61,360 nucleotides of DNA from Planctomycetia bacterium (GTDB taxonomy: Bacteria > Planctomycetota > Planctomycetia > Pirellulales > PALSA-1355): NCBI GenBank assembly GCA_016200205.1, contig JACQFF010000088.1:1-61360 (forward strand), in the 5' to 3' direction. A program made the position numbers and the translations under genes. Numbering within the stretch: position 1 is the stretch's first letter; each line of letters starts with the position of its first letter. A model generated the notes under the pieces. The model searched no databases. It was not told the origin of the DNA and saw only the letters and a list, made by a program, of their open reading frames with translations. This document shows, piece by piece, positions 29,962 through 38,717 of the stretch.

Positions 29962-30618
29962 ATGAATCAATCGCAGGCCCCCGGCACATTTTTCGATAGC
30001 TTTGCCGAAACGTTCGACACGTTTTACGACGGCCAGCGCAGTCCGGTCATGCAATGGATCGACCGCCGCTATCGCCACGACATGTTTGCCCGCTATTCGC
30101 TCACATTCGGGCGGTTGGGCGATTTGACCGGCAAGCGCGGCTTGGATGTCGGCTGCGGGTCGGGTCCGTACGTGGCCGAAGCGCTGAAGCGCGGCGCGAG
30201 TCATGTCGTCGCGCTCGATCCCGCGCCTGGCATGCTCGACCTGACCCGCCAGCGAATCGAGAGGTTGGGACACAGCGATCAATTGACGCTGATCGAAGGC
30301 TATTTTCCCCAGGTCTTGCCGCCGGGTCGGTTTGATTTCGCGATCGTCATGGGCGTGCTCGATTACGTGCCCGATCCCGTGACATTTTGCAAAGCACTGC
30401 GCGGTCTGGTCACTGGCAAGGCGGCCGTGTCATTCCCCAGCAAGCATTGGCTGCGCACTCCGATTCGCAAAGTGCGCTACCGACTGCGGCATTGCCCGGT
30501 GTATTTTTACGACGAGCCAATGATTCGCTCGCTCGGTTCGGCCGCTGGATTTGGCACGACCGACATCATCAAGATTCCTGGCGCGGGGATGGATTATCAC
30601 GTATGCCTGGCACCCTGA
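29962..30618 (+). CDS. Class I SAM-dependent methyltransferase
   Basis: LDVGCGSG, FDFAIVMGVLDY. Confidence 0.87.
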   Translation: MNQSQAPGTFFDSFAETFDTFYDGQRSPVMQWIDRRYRHDMFARYSLTFGRLGDLTGKRGLDVGCGSGPYVAEALKRGASHVVALDPAPGMLDLTRQRIERLGHSDQLTLIEGYFPQVLPPGRFDFAIVMGVLDYVPDPVTFCKALRGLVTGKAAVSFPSKHWLRTPIRKVRYRLRHCPVYFYDEPMIRSLGSAAGFGTTDIIKIPGAGMDYHVCLAP

Positions 30619-31508
30619 ACTACGCGCCGCCGGTAATCACCATCGACGTCGAAGACTGGCCGCAATCCAGTTGGGACCGCGATTTGCCGATCACCCAACG
30701 GGCGGCCGACAACGCGCGGCGGCTGCTGGACCTGCTGGCGCGAACTCGGGTGCAATCCACGATGTTCGTGCTCGGCAAGCTGGCAGAGCGATTTCCTCAG
30801 CTCGTGCGCGAGATCGATGCGGGCGGCCACGAAGTCGCCAGCCACGGTTTTGGGCATGTCGAAATCTTCAAGCAAACCCGCGCGGAATTTGCCGCCGATC
30901 TGCGCAAGAGCAAAGATTTGCTCGAGCAAATCCTGGGCAAACCGGTCCGTGGCTATCGGGCCCCCGATTTCTCGATTGTCCGCGGTTCGTTGTGGGCACT
31001 GGAAGAATTGGCCGAACAAGGGTTCGAGTACGATTCGAGCATTTTCCCCGTCAAGCGGCCCCGCTACGGTATTCCCGATTGGCCGCTCTCGCCGACGCGC
31101 GTGCAGCTTTCCAATGGCAAGAGCATTCTGGAATTTCCCATCGCCAGTTACCGAGCTTGGGGTAAAAACTGGCCCGTCGGGGGTGGCGGTTACCATCGAC
31201 TTCTGCCAGGGTCGGCCGGAAGGTGGTTCGCCCGACGCGTGATGCAATCGCGTCCGTTTGTGTTTTACTGCCACCCGTACGAGTTCGATCCCCGCGAGTT
31301 TGCCGAACTCTCCGTTAAGATCCCGCTTAAGGTCCGCCTGCATCAAGGCCTGGGCCGCGGGCGGTTCGCCTCTCGATTCGTCAACTTGATCCGGCAGTTC
31401 GGCGGTTGCCGGATGATCGATTTTGTCGAGCAAAAGGTTTGGCCCGATTTCCAGCTCAGTTCACTCTCGGGAAGTGCCGCATCGGTGGCGGCACCTGTCG
31501 GAAAATAA
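30603..31508 (+). CDS. Polysaccharide deacetylase (XrtA/PEP-CTERM-locus type, DUF3473)
   Basis: DVEDW, HEVASHGFGH, GYRAPDFSI, YDSS, GGGY, YCHPYEFDP. Confidence 0.88.
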   Translation: MPGTLNYAPPVITIDVEDWPQSSWDRDLPITQRAADNARRLLDLLARTRVQSTMFVLGKLAERFPQLVREIDAGGHEVASHGFGHVEIFKQTRAEFAADLRKSKDLLEQILGKPVRGYRAPDFSIVRGSLWALEELAEQGFEYDSSIFPVKRPRYGIPDWPLSPTRVQLSNGKSILEFPIASYRAWGKNWPVGGGGYHRLLPGSAGRWFARRVMQSRPFVFYCHPYEFDPREFAELSVKIPLKVRLHQGLGRGRFASRFVNLIRQFGGCRMIDFVEQKVWPDFQLSSLSGSAASVAAPVGK

Positions 31509-31532
31509 GGCGGTAATCCTGTTGACTACCTC

Positions 31533-32702
31533 ATGAGCGAGTCCACCATCAAAACAGGCCCTGATCGAAGCAGGCTGCTGATCGTTGTCGCGACGGCGGG
31601 GCTGGTGGTCACGCTGGCCGAATGGGGCAGTTCTCGGCTTGTGACCGAAACGCCGGGCGATGTGACCGGACAAACACATCGTCCCGAGAATGTCCTGATT
31701 CTGCTCAAGGACCCGGCCAGGTTGCCCCCTCCCAAACAGGAGCGAAGCGTGTGGATCTTGGGCAATTCGCATACTTATGCCCTGCCAGGCACGAAACAGG
31801 GCGACGCGCTGCGCACCGATGAGGCCGGCATCTTGATCGACGAATTGGCCGCTCGGGTCGGTCGGCAATTTCCTGATTCGCGTACCAATTTTTATCTTTT
31901 GTCGTATCCGAACTTTCTGCCGTTCGAAATTCTGACTCGCGTTGGGCACTTGCTCCAGCGAGGTCACCGACCGACGATCGTCGTTTTGGGCCTGACCTGG
32001 CGAAATATTGCCCGCGATTCGCAATTACGGCACGAAATCTACGCCGCCTATCGCGACGCCGAATTCGATGGGGCCTTCGAGGCAATGCTCGGCGACGCGA
32101 AAATTCAAGCCGATCCCGATATTGTCAAAGAGGTCCGGGCGCAACGCATGCAGGTCGAGCATGACGAACAGATCGAGCGCTTGCGCTCGGATTCCGATCG
32201 GATCGACGAGTCGCTCACCACGTGGATCGGTAGTCGGTTGACGCTGATGGGCAAGAGCGCGGAACTGCGGGCACAAATCTTCCGCACCTTGACCGATCGC
32301 GTGCAGCGACTTTGGGATGACCGCGAGAGCGTGAAGTATTCATATGATCTGGTGGAGCACGACTACGCTTTTAACGTCAAATGCCTGCGGGCCGTCGTGC
32401 GGCTGCTCAAAGAGCATGGCGCGACGGTGCTCTGCTATTACGCTCCCGAGCGGTCGGATCTGCCTCCCCTGATGGACCCGGACAGGCAAAACGAATTTAT
32501 CGCCCAGTTCGACGGCGAAACGGATCAACTGGGGATTACCGTGCTCGATGCGCGGCGCGTCGTGCCCAATGAATATTGGGGCTGGGTGGGCGATTCTCCC
32601 GATCGATCGCACTTTACGGAGCCGGGGCACCAGCGATTGGCCCAGTTTTTATGGGACGAGGCTCTTCGACGATCAACTTGGAAGGAGTTGGCGCAGCCTT
32701 GA
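31533..32702 (+). CDS. Membrane-anchored SGNH-like protein (DltD/AlgJ-like)
   Basis: N-terminal TM anchor, LGNS block I, C-terminal DRSH; abuts the MBOAT gene. Confidence 0.65.
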   Translation: MSESTIKTGPDRSRLLIVVATAGLVVTLAEWGSSRLVTETPGDVTGQTHRPENVLILLKDPARLPPPKQERSVWILGNSHTYALPGTKQGDALRTDEAGILIDELAARVGRQFPDSRTNFYLLSYPNFLPFEILTRVGHLLQRGHRPTIVVLGLTWRNIARDSQLRHEIYAAYRDAEFDGAFEAMLGDAKIQADPDIVKEVRAQRMQVEHDEQIERLRSDSDRIDESLTTWIGSRLTLMGKSAELRAQIFRTLTDRVQRLWDDRESVKYSYDLVEHDYAFNVKCLRAVVRLLKEHGATVLCYYAPERSDLPPLMDPDRQNEFIAQFDGETDQLGITVLDARRVVPNEYWGWVGDSPDRSHFTEPGHQRLAQFLWDEALRRSTWKELAQP

Positions 32703-34156
32703 GGTTCAACAGCCCGGTTTATCTGGCATTCTTGCCGATCGTCGTACTGGCCGTATGGCTTGCGCCGGCCCGCGCGCATCGCTGGGTGCTGCTGGCGGCC
32801 AGCTACGTTTTTTACGCCTCGTGGCACTGGCCCTATTTGGGCTTGCTGGTGGGCTCGGCGGCTTTGAACCATTGGGGCGCTCGATGGATCGTGGCCGGCC
32901 CGCCAAATCGAAAATTGCGCGGCGGGTGCGTGCTCGCGGCCAATGTGCTGTTGCTGGCCGAGTTCAAATACTTGAGTTGGCTGTGCGAAAATGTCAACGC
33001 GGTCGGTTCGTGGCTCGGAATCACCCAGCTGGTGGCCGTGCCGCAATGGATCTTGCCCTTGGGCATCTCGTTTTACGTTTTCGAAGCCATCAGCTACACG
33101 GTCGACATCATCCGCAAACGCGAACGCATCCATTCGTTTTGGGATTTTCAACTATTCATCGCGTTCTTTCCGAAGTTGATCGCCGGACCGATCATGCGGG
33201 CCAAGGAACTTTTGCCGCAGATCGAAAATCCCCAAACTCGGCTCGACAGCAGTGCATTTCTGGGCGGGCTGTGGATGATCGTCAGCGGGCTGTTCCTGAA
33301 AATCGTATTGGCCGACGGAATCGCGCCCGACGTGGACCGGGCATTTTCGCGGCCTTTCGAAAGCATTGGAGCCACCGACGTGTACTGCATGTCGGTGGCG
33401 TTTGGGCTGCAGATTTATCTGGACTTTTCCAGTTACACGCGCATGGCGATTGGTTCGGCCCGCCTGTGCGGGATTCAACTAGTCGATAATTTCAACTACC
33501 CCTACTCGGCCACCTCGCCGGTCGATTTTTGGAATCGCTGGCACATCTCGCTTTCGCGTTGGATTCGCGATTACCTGTTTTTTCCTTTGCTGGGCAAGAA
33601 AGCGACGCTGGGGGCGATGTGCCGCGCGGCGCTCCTTTCGATGGCCCTGTGCGGAATCTGGCACGGCGCCGGTTGGTCCTTTTTGCTGTGGGGCCTGTAT
33701 CACGGCGGATTGATCGCCGGATATCACATCCTCACCTATCGGCAGCGAACGTCCCCAAGCGCGGTGGCCACCGCCGACGCCGGCATTTCGCCGGCTAAAC
33801 AGCTCTTGGCCATGCTCTCGACGTTCGCTCTGGTCTCGCTGGGCTGGGTCTTGTTCCGCTCGGCGACAACGGCCCAAGCCCTGGGCTTGCTCCAGCGGGC
33901 GCTCATGCCGTGGGAATACTCATACCGAGCTCTCTCGGGCACGTTTTACTTGCATACCGCCCTACTCACGCTGGCGATTTGGGCCTCCCCCCGGGTCACC
34001 AAATATGTGGCCGCGGCAAGCGAGGCCCAGCCGTCCGGCTCGGCCGGGACCGGCTTCGGGTATTGGCTGGCCCAAGGCAGCCTCGCGGGCATGATGCTCG
34101 TGCTGTGTTTGATCTACCTCCGCGGCCAAACCGCGTTTATTTATTTCCAGTTTTAG
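32699..34156 (+). CDS. MBOAT O-acyltransferase (AlgI/DltB-like)
   Basis: LPLGISFY, FFPKLIAGPI, DFSSY, FWNRWHISLS, GIWHG, C-terminal FIYFQF; TTG start with AAGGAG RBS. Confidence 0.92.
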   Translation: MRFNSPVYLAFLPIVVLAVWLAPARAHRWVLLAASYVFYASWHWPYLGLLVGSAALNHWGARWIVAGPPNRKLRGGCVLAANVLLLAEFKYLSWLCENVNAVGSWLGITQLVAVPQWILPLGISFYVFEAISYTVDIIRKRERIHSFWDFQLFIAFFPKLIAGPIMRAKELLPQIENPQTRLDSSAFLGGLWMIVSGLFLKIVLADGIAPDVDRAFSRPFESIGATDVYCMSVAFGLQIYLDFSSYTRMAIGSARLCGIQLVDNFNYPYSATSPVDFWNRWHISLSRWIRDYLFFPLLGKKATLGAMCRAALLSMALCGIWHGAGWSFLLWGLYHGGLIAGYHILTYRQRTSPSAVATADAGISPAKQLLAMLSTFALVSLGWVLFRSATTAQALGLLQRALMPWEYSYRALSGTFYLHTALLTLAIWASPRVTKYVAAASEAQPSGSAGTGFGYWLAQGSLAGMMLVLCLIYLRGQTAFIYFQF

Positions 34157-34170
34157 CTGCTTGTCGGGCC

Positions 34171-35862
34171 ATGGCCAACGAAGATATTGTAAGCGCGGTC
34201 CTGAATCACGCCGAGCACGCGGCCGAGCGTATTTGTGTCGAGACGCATTCGCGCCGCGCCAAACCTGCCCAGCGCACATTCGGACAAATCGCCGGTACCG
34301 CGGCTCGCGCGGCCGCTTTTTATCACGAGCATGGGCTGCGAGCCGGAGACGTCGTGGTACTGGTCGGCACGCATCACATCGATTTCTATGCCGCCTGGCT
34401 GGGTTGCGTGTGGCTGGGAGCGATTCCCACCGTGTTGGCCGAGCCGAGCGTGCGCGTGGCCAAAGACGTGTATTGGTCGCGGATGAGCGAGTTGCTCCAG
34501 CGAATCGGCGCGTGGGGCCTGGCTGCCGATCCGATGCTGAAGATTGAAAACAGCCTGTTGGTCGTTCCCCACACGTTCCGCTACGACGAGATTGCCGCGG
34601 GGAGCGGACCGATTCCGCCACGGGCCGCTTGCCGGCCGGAAAGCACCATGTTGCTGCAACACTCGTCGGGTACCACTGGGTTGCACAAAGGGGTGATGCT
34701 TTCGCACGAGGCCGTGTGGCGGCACGCCATTAGCTACAACCAACGCCTCCACATGACCCAATCCGACGTAATTGCCACTTGGCTACCCTTGTACCACGAC
34801 ATGGGCTTTATCGCCTGCTTCGTGACTCCGCTGTTGTTGGGCGTGCAGGTCGTGTGGCTGTCGCCATTCGAATGGGTGGCCAATCCCGCGCTATTGCTCG
34901 ATGCGATTAGCCGCCACCGCGCCACCTTGGCCTGGCTGCCGAATTTCGCCTTCGCGTTTATGGGGCACAGCGCCAAGGCCGAGGCGGGTCAATATGACTT
35001 GTCCTCGGTGCGGGCGTTGATCAACTGCTCCGAACCGGTCAGCCGAGAGGCGATGCAAGCATTCTCCGAGCGATTCGGCAAGGACGGTTTTTCCTCGGCG
35101 GCCCTGCATACTTGCTATGCCATGGCCGAAAACGTGTTTGCCGTGACCACCTCCAGCGCCGATTGCCCGCCCCAATACCGCTCGTTGGATCGCACCATTT
35201 GGCACAACGAGCACCGTTCGGTCGCGGTCGACCCCAGGGCTCCCGGCGCCCTTACCCACGTCAGCAATGGCCCGTGCGTGGCCGATTGCGAGTTGCGGGT
35301 CGTCGACGACCGGCGGCATGAACTACCCGCGGGCCATGCCGGCCAGATTCTCATTCGTTCGCCATTTTTGTTCACCGGCTATTTTCGTCGCCACGACCTG
35401 AATCTCGGTTTGTTCGACGCGAACGGATTTTTCAATACGGGCGACCTGGGCTACGTCGATGAAGACGGTCATGTCTACGTCACCGGCCGCGCGAAGGATC
35501 TGATCATTATTGGCGGAAAAAATGTCTATCCGCAGGATGTCGAGCAGGTGGTCAATCAAGTGCCCGGCGTGCATGCCGGACGCGTGGTGTCGTTCGGCGT
35601 GCCAATGCGGGATCTAGGAACCGAGGGGCTGGTGGTGCTGGTGGAAAGCGACGAACCGGCGACCGCTTGGGACGAAATCGCGCAGCAGATTCGCAACACC
35701 GTGCCGGGGCGTCTCGATATCGACGTGGCCGACGCCCGAGTTGTGCAGCGGGGCCAGTTGCGAAAATCGACCAGCGGAAAATTGGCGCGAGCCGGCAACC
35801 GCGAGTGGTATTTGAATGGTACATTTGGAACAGTCCCTCATGCCATTTCCAAGGACGAGTAA
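34171..35862 (+). CDS. Fatty-acyl-AMP-ligase-like adenylation enzyme
   Basis: QHSSGTTG, WLPLYHDMG, WLPNFAF, CYAMAE, TGDLG, GRAKD, KSTSGK. Confidence 0.88.
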   Translation: MANEDIVSAVLNHAEHAAERICVETHSRRAKPAQRTFGQIAGTAARAAAFYHEHGLRAGDVVVLVGTHHIDFYAAWLGCVWLGAIPTVLAEPSVRVAKDVYWSRMSELLQRIGAWGLAADPMLKIENSLLVVPHTFRYDEIAAGSGPIPPRAACRPESTMLLQHSSGTTGLHKGVMLSHEAVWRHAISYNQRLHMTQSDVIATWLPLYHDMGFIACFVTPLLLGVQVVWLSPFEWVANPALLLDAISRHRATLAWLPNFAFAFMGHSAKAEAGQYDLSSVRALINCSEPVSREAMQAFSERFGKDGFSSAALHTCYAMAENVFAVTTSSADCPPQYRSLDRTIWHNEHRSVAVDPRAPGALTHVSNGPCVADCELRVVDDRRHELPAGHAGQILIRSPFLFTGYFRRHDLNLGLFDANGFFNTGDLGYVDEDGHVYVTGRAKDLIIIGGKNVYPQDVEQVVNQVPGVHAGRVVSFGVPMRDLGTEGLVVLVESDEPATAWDEIAQQIRNTVPGRLDIDVADARVVQRGQLRKSTSGKLARAGNREWYLNGTFGTVPHAISKDE

Positions 35863-35865
35863 ACG

Positions 35866-36114
35866 ATGGATGTGACGTTGGACGCAACCCTGGCGGTTGT
35901 GCGTAGTTTCGCCGAGCGTAAACGCGGCAAAGCCGCCACTTCAATTCAGGCCGGTACCGCGCTATTGCGCGACGGATATTTGGATAGTTTCGCGCTTGTC
36001 GAACTGATCGCCGAGTTGGAGAAGCGTCTCGAGCTCAGTTTGCCCGATGGCGCGCTGATTCCCGAAGATTTCGAAACGCCCCAAGTGCTCTTCGACCGTC
36101 TTAGAGAGCTGTAA
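35866..36114 (+). CDS. Acyl carrier protein 2 (DltC-like)
   Basis: GYLDSFALVELIAELE and PEDFET motifs. Confidence 0.88.
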   Translation: MDVTLDATLAVVRSFAERKRGKAATSIQAGTALLRDGYLDSFALVELIAELEKRLELSLPDGALIPEDFETPQVLFDRLREL

Positions 36115-36177
36115 GATCATGACGTCCGGTTCGATCCTAAAGTCCGTGCCGCCGCGCACCCAGCCGACTCTCATGCG

Positions 36178-37392
36178 ATGAATGTGCCATTTTTTCGTCC
36201 GTCGATCGCTGAGGCCGAAATTGCGGAGGTCGTCAATTGCTTGCGCTCCGGTTGGCTCACCTCGGGCCCGACGACCAAACGCTTCGAAACGGCATTCGCC
36301 CAAGCCGTCGGCGGCAAGCACGCGGTGGCCGTGAATTCATGCACAGCGGCCTTGCACCTGGCGGTCGAAGCTCTCGGGCTCACGCGGGGACAGGCCGTGC
36401 TCGTGCCCACGATGACGTTTGCGGCCACGGCCGAAATCGTCCGTTATCAAGGGGCCGTGCCGATTCTGGTCGATTGCGATCGGCTGACCTTCAACATGGA
36501 TCTGCGCGACGCGCAGCGAAAGATCGAGCGGCTCGAGTCCGGCCAATCGTCGGCCGCGCGCGGCGAGCCATTGAAGCCGGTCGGCATGATTCCGGTCCAT
36601 GTCGGCGGGCTGATGATGGATATGATCGCCGTGCATGCGTTTGCCAAACGGCACAACTTGTGGGTCATCGAAGATGCCGCTCACGCGTTTCCCGCCGCCT
36701 GGCGCGCCTCAGCCACTCAGCCGTGGCAACGATGCGGCGAAGGCACCGCTGCGGTCAGTTGTTTCTCGTTTTACGCAAATAAAACGATTACAACCGGCGA
36801 GGGCGGCATGGCCGTGACCGATGACAGTTCCCTGGCCGATCGCATGCGGACAATGTCGCTGCACGGGCTCTCGCACGATGCCTGGGGACGCTACTCCGGC
36901 GGCGGAAGCTGGGATTACCGCATCGTCGACGCCGGCTACAAATACAATCTCACCGACATCGCCTCGGCGATCGGTATTCATCAGCTCGAGCGGGCCGAAG
37001 CCATGCGCGTCGAGCGCGAAGCAATCGCGAAGGCCTATGGCGAAGAATTGGGTGACGTGCGGCAAATCGAGCTGCCCGTGACGCCGGCCGACCGTATCCA
37101 CGCGTGGCATTTGTTTCCCATTCGGCTGCGGCTGGAAAAACTCTCCATCGACCGCGGTGAGTTCATCACCCAACTGAAAGCCGCGGGCGTCGGCTGTTCG
37201 GTCCATTGGCGGCCCCTGCATCTGCATCCCTATTACGCCGAGCGGTTTGGTTGGACGAGCGAGGAATTTCCGACGGCCTCGCCGCTTTGGGAGCGCCTGG
37301 TCAGTTTGCCCTTGTTCCCCGGCATGCACGCCTCCGAGCGCGCACAGGTGGTCCGGGTGGTTCGCGATTTGTGCGTGCGGCACCGCGCATGA
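36178..37392 (+). CDS. DegT/DnrJ/EryC1/StrS sugar aminotransferase
   Basis: SGWLTSGP, NSCTAALHL, EDAAHA, SFYANKTITTGEGG, GYKYN. Confidence 0.93.
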   Translation: MNVPFFRPSIAEAEIAEVVNCLRSGWLTSGPTTKRFETAFAQAVGGKHAVAVNSCTAALHLAVEALGLTRGQAVLVPTMTFAATAEIVRYQGAVPILVDCDRLTFNMDLRDAQRKIERLESGQSSAARGEPLKPVGMIPVHVGGLMMDMIAVHAFAKRHNLWVIEDAAHAFPAAWRASATQPWQRCGEGTAAVSCFSFYANKTITTGEGGMAVTDDSSLADRMRTMSLHGLSHDAWGRYSGGGSWDYRIVDAGYKYNLTDIASAIGIHQLERAEAMRVEREAIAKAYGEELGDVRQIELPVTPADRIHAWHLFPIRLRLEKLSIDRGEFITQLKAAGVGCSVHWRPLHLHPYYAERFGWTSEEFPTASPLWERLVSLPLFPGMHASERAQVVRVVRDLCVRHRA

Positions 37393-38717
37393 ATTCCGAC
37401 GAGCCACGGGCGACCGTTGACCAGTTCGCCGGCCCGACTCATTCCAAGGATGCTCGAATTCCGGGCACACTGGGTTATGTGGCGCTGGCGCTGCCGGCAT
37501 TGGCGATTCTGGCCGACGCGGTGTTTGCGATTGTGCGCGGCTGGAGTGTCGAATCGCGGCTCGACGGGGCGGTCGTGGTCGTGGCGGCTGTGTGGCTGCT
37601 GGCGACCACGGCACTGTGGGCCTTGCCGGCCGGCCGCGGACTGTACAACCGGCGATACGCCCAACTCATTTTGCTCGGCACGAGCGGGTGCATCGCGTGG
37701 CTGATGGCGGAATTGGCGCTTGGCGGAATAGTGGCCAGTGTCGCGGAGCCGTTCCACTGCTGGCGGCCGGGACTGAAAGTTGTTTATCGGCCGAAGACGG
37801 GCGTCATGCGCGATGTAGGCTCCGAGGCGCGTGTCAGCTTCAATGCCTGGGGGGTGCGTGGCCGCGAGCTTCCCCAACGATCGGCGGCCTATCGCATTGT
37901 TTGCCTGGGCGGAAGTTCGACGGCTTGCACTTATCTGGACGATGCCAAGACATGGCCCCGATTGCTCGAAAGTGATTTGCAGGCGGCCGATCCCTCGCGC
38001 GGCTATTGGGTCGGCAACGCCGCCATACCGGGCTTTAAGAGTCCCGAGCATCGGCGATTTGTCGAGGAATCGGCCTTGATCGGCGAAATCGACTGCCTGG
38101 TCGTGCAAGCCGGAATCAACGACTTCGCGGCCGTTCTGGCGGGCCCTCGTCCGGCGCCGCCGTGGTGGTCGCGTTCGCGAGTGTTGCAGCTCGTTCGCGT
38201 CCTTTCGCGTCAATATGCGACATCGGGCACCTTGGTCGAGGACACGGCCGGCACGGTCTATCTGCGCCGCCGCGCCACACGCCAAGCGGCCGAGATCAGC
38301 TCGAGGGTGCCGGCGCTGGAGCCCGGCTTGCAGGAATTCTCCGACAACCTGCGGGCAATCATTGCTAGGTGCAATAACTGCAACATGCGCGTCGTCTTCA
38401 CGACTCAACCGGTGCTCTGGCGGGACGATTTGGACGCCGATAACGTGGCCCTGTTGTGGTTCGGTCAGCTCCCGGACGGCCGATTCTTATCGGTTGACAA
38501 GCTACGCGCCGGGATGGATCTTTACAATCAGGCGCTGCGCTCGGTTTGCGCCGAGTGCGGCGCCGAGTTGATCGATCTGCGCCAACTCGATGGCGATCCG
38601 GCGGTGTTTTACGACGACTGCCATTTCACCGAGACCGGTGCCCGGCGTGTTGCCAGGCTGATCGCCGACTGGTTCGTGGCTCATCCGGTGCCTGCGGGCA
38701 AGGAGGTGGCACCATGA
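37389..38717 (+). CDS. Membrane-anchored SGNH/GDSL protein (SxtL-like position)
   Basis: About 3 TM helices; LGGSST, GIND, DDCH; ATGA overlaps at both ends. Confidence 0.82.
   Translation: MNSDEPRATVDQFAGPTHSKDARIPGTLGYVALALPALAILADAVFAIVRGWSVESRLDGAVVVVAAVWLLATTALWALPAGRGLYNRRYAQLILLGTSGCIAWLMAELALGGIVASVAEPFHCWRPGLKVVYRPKTGVMRDVGSEARVSFNAWGVRGRELPQRSAAYRIVCLGGSSTACTYLDDAKTWPRLLESDLQAADPSRGYWVGNAAIPGFKSPEHRRFVEESALIGEIDCLVVQAGINDFAAVLAGPRPAPPWWSRSRVLQLVRVLSRQYATSGTLVEDTAGTVYLRRRATRQAAEISSRVPALEPGLQEFSDNLRAIIARCNNCNMRVVFTTQPVLWRDDLDADNVALLWFGQLPDGRFLSVDKLRAGMDLYNQALRSVCAECGAELIDLRQLDGDPAVFYDDCHFTETGARRVARLIADWFVAHPVPAGKEVAP

Noticed and set aside
25179-36114. PKS/NRPS secondary-metabolite cluster (FkbH, two ACPs, FAAL)
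   Set aside because: No ketosynthase, condensation or thioesterase domains; genes are interleaved with glycosyltransferases
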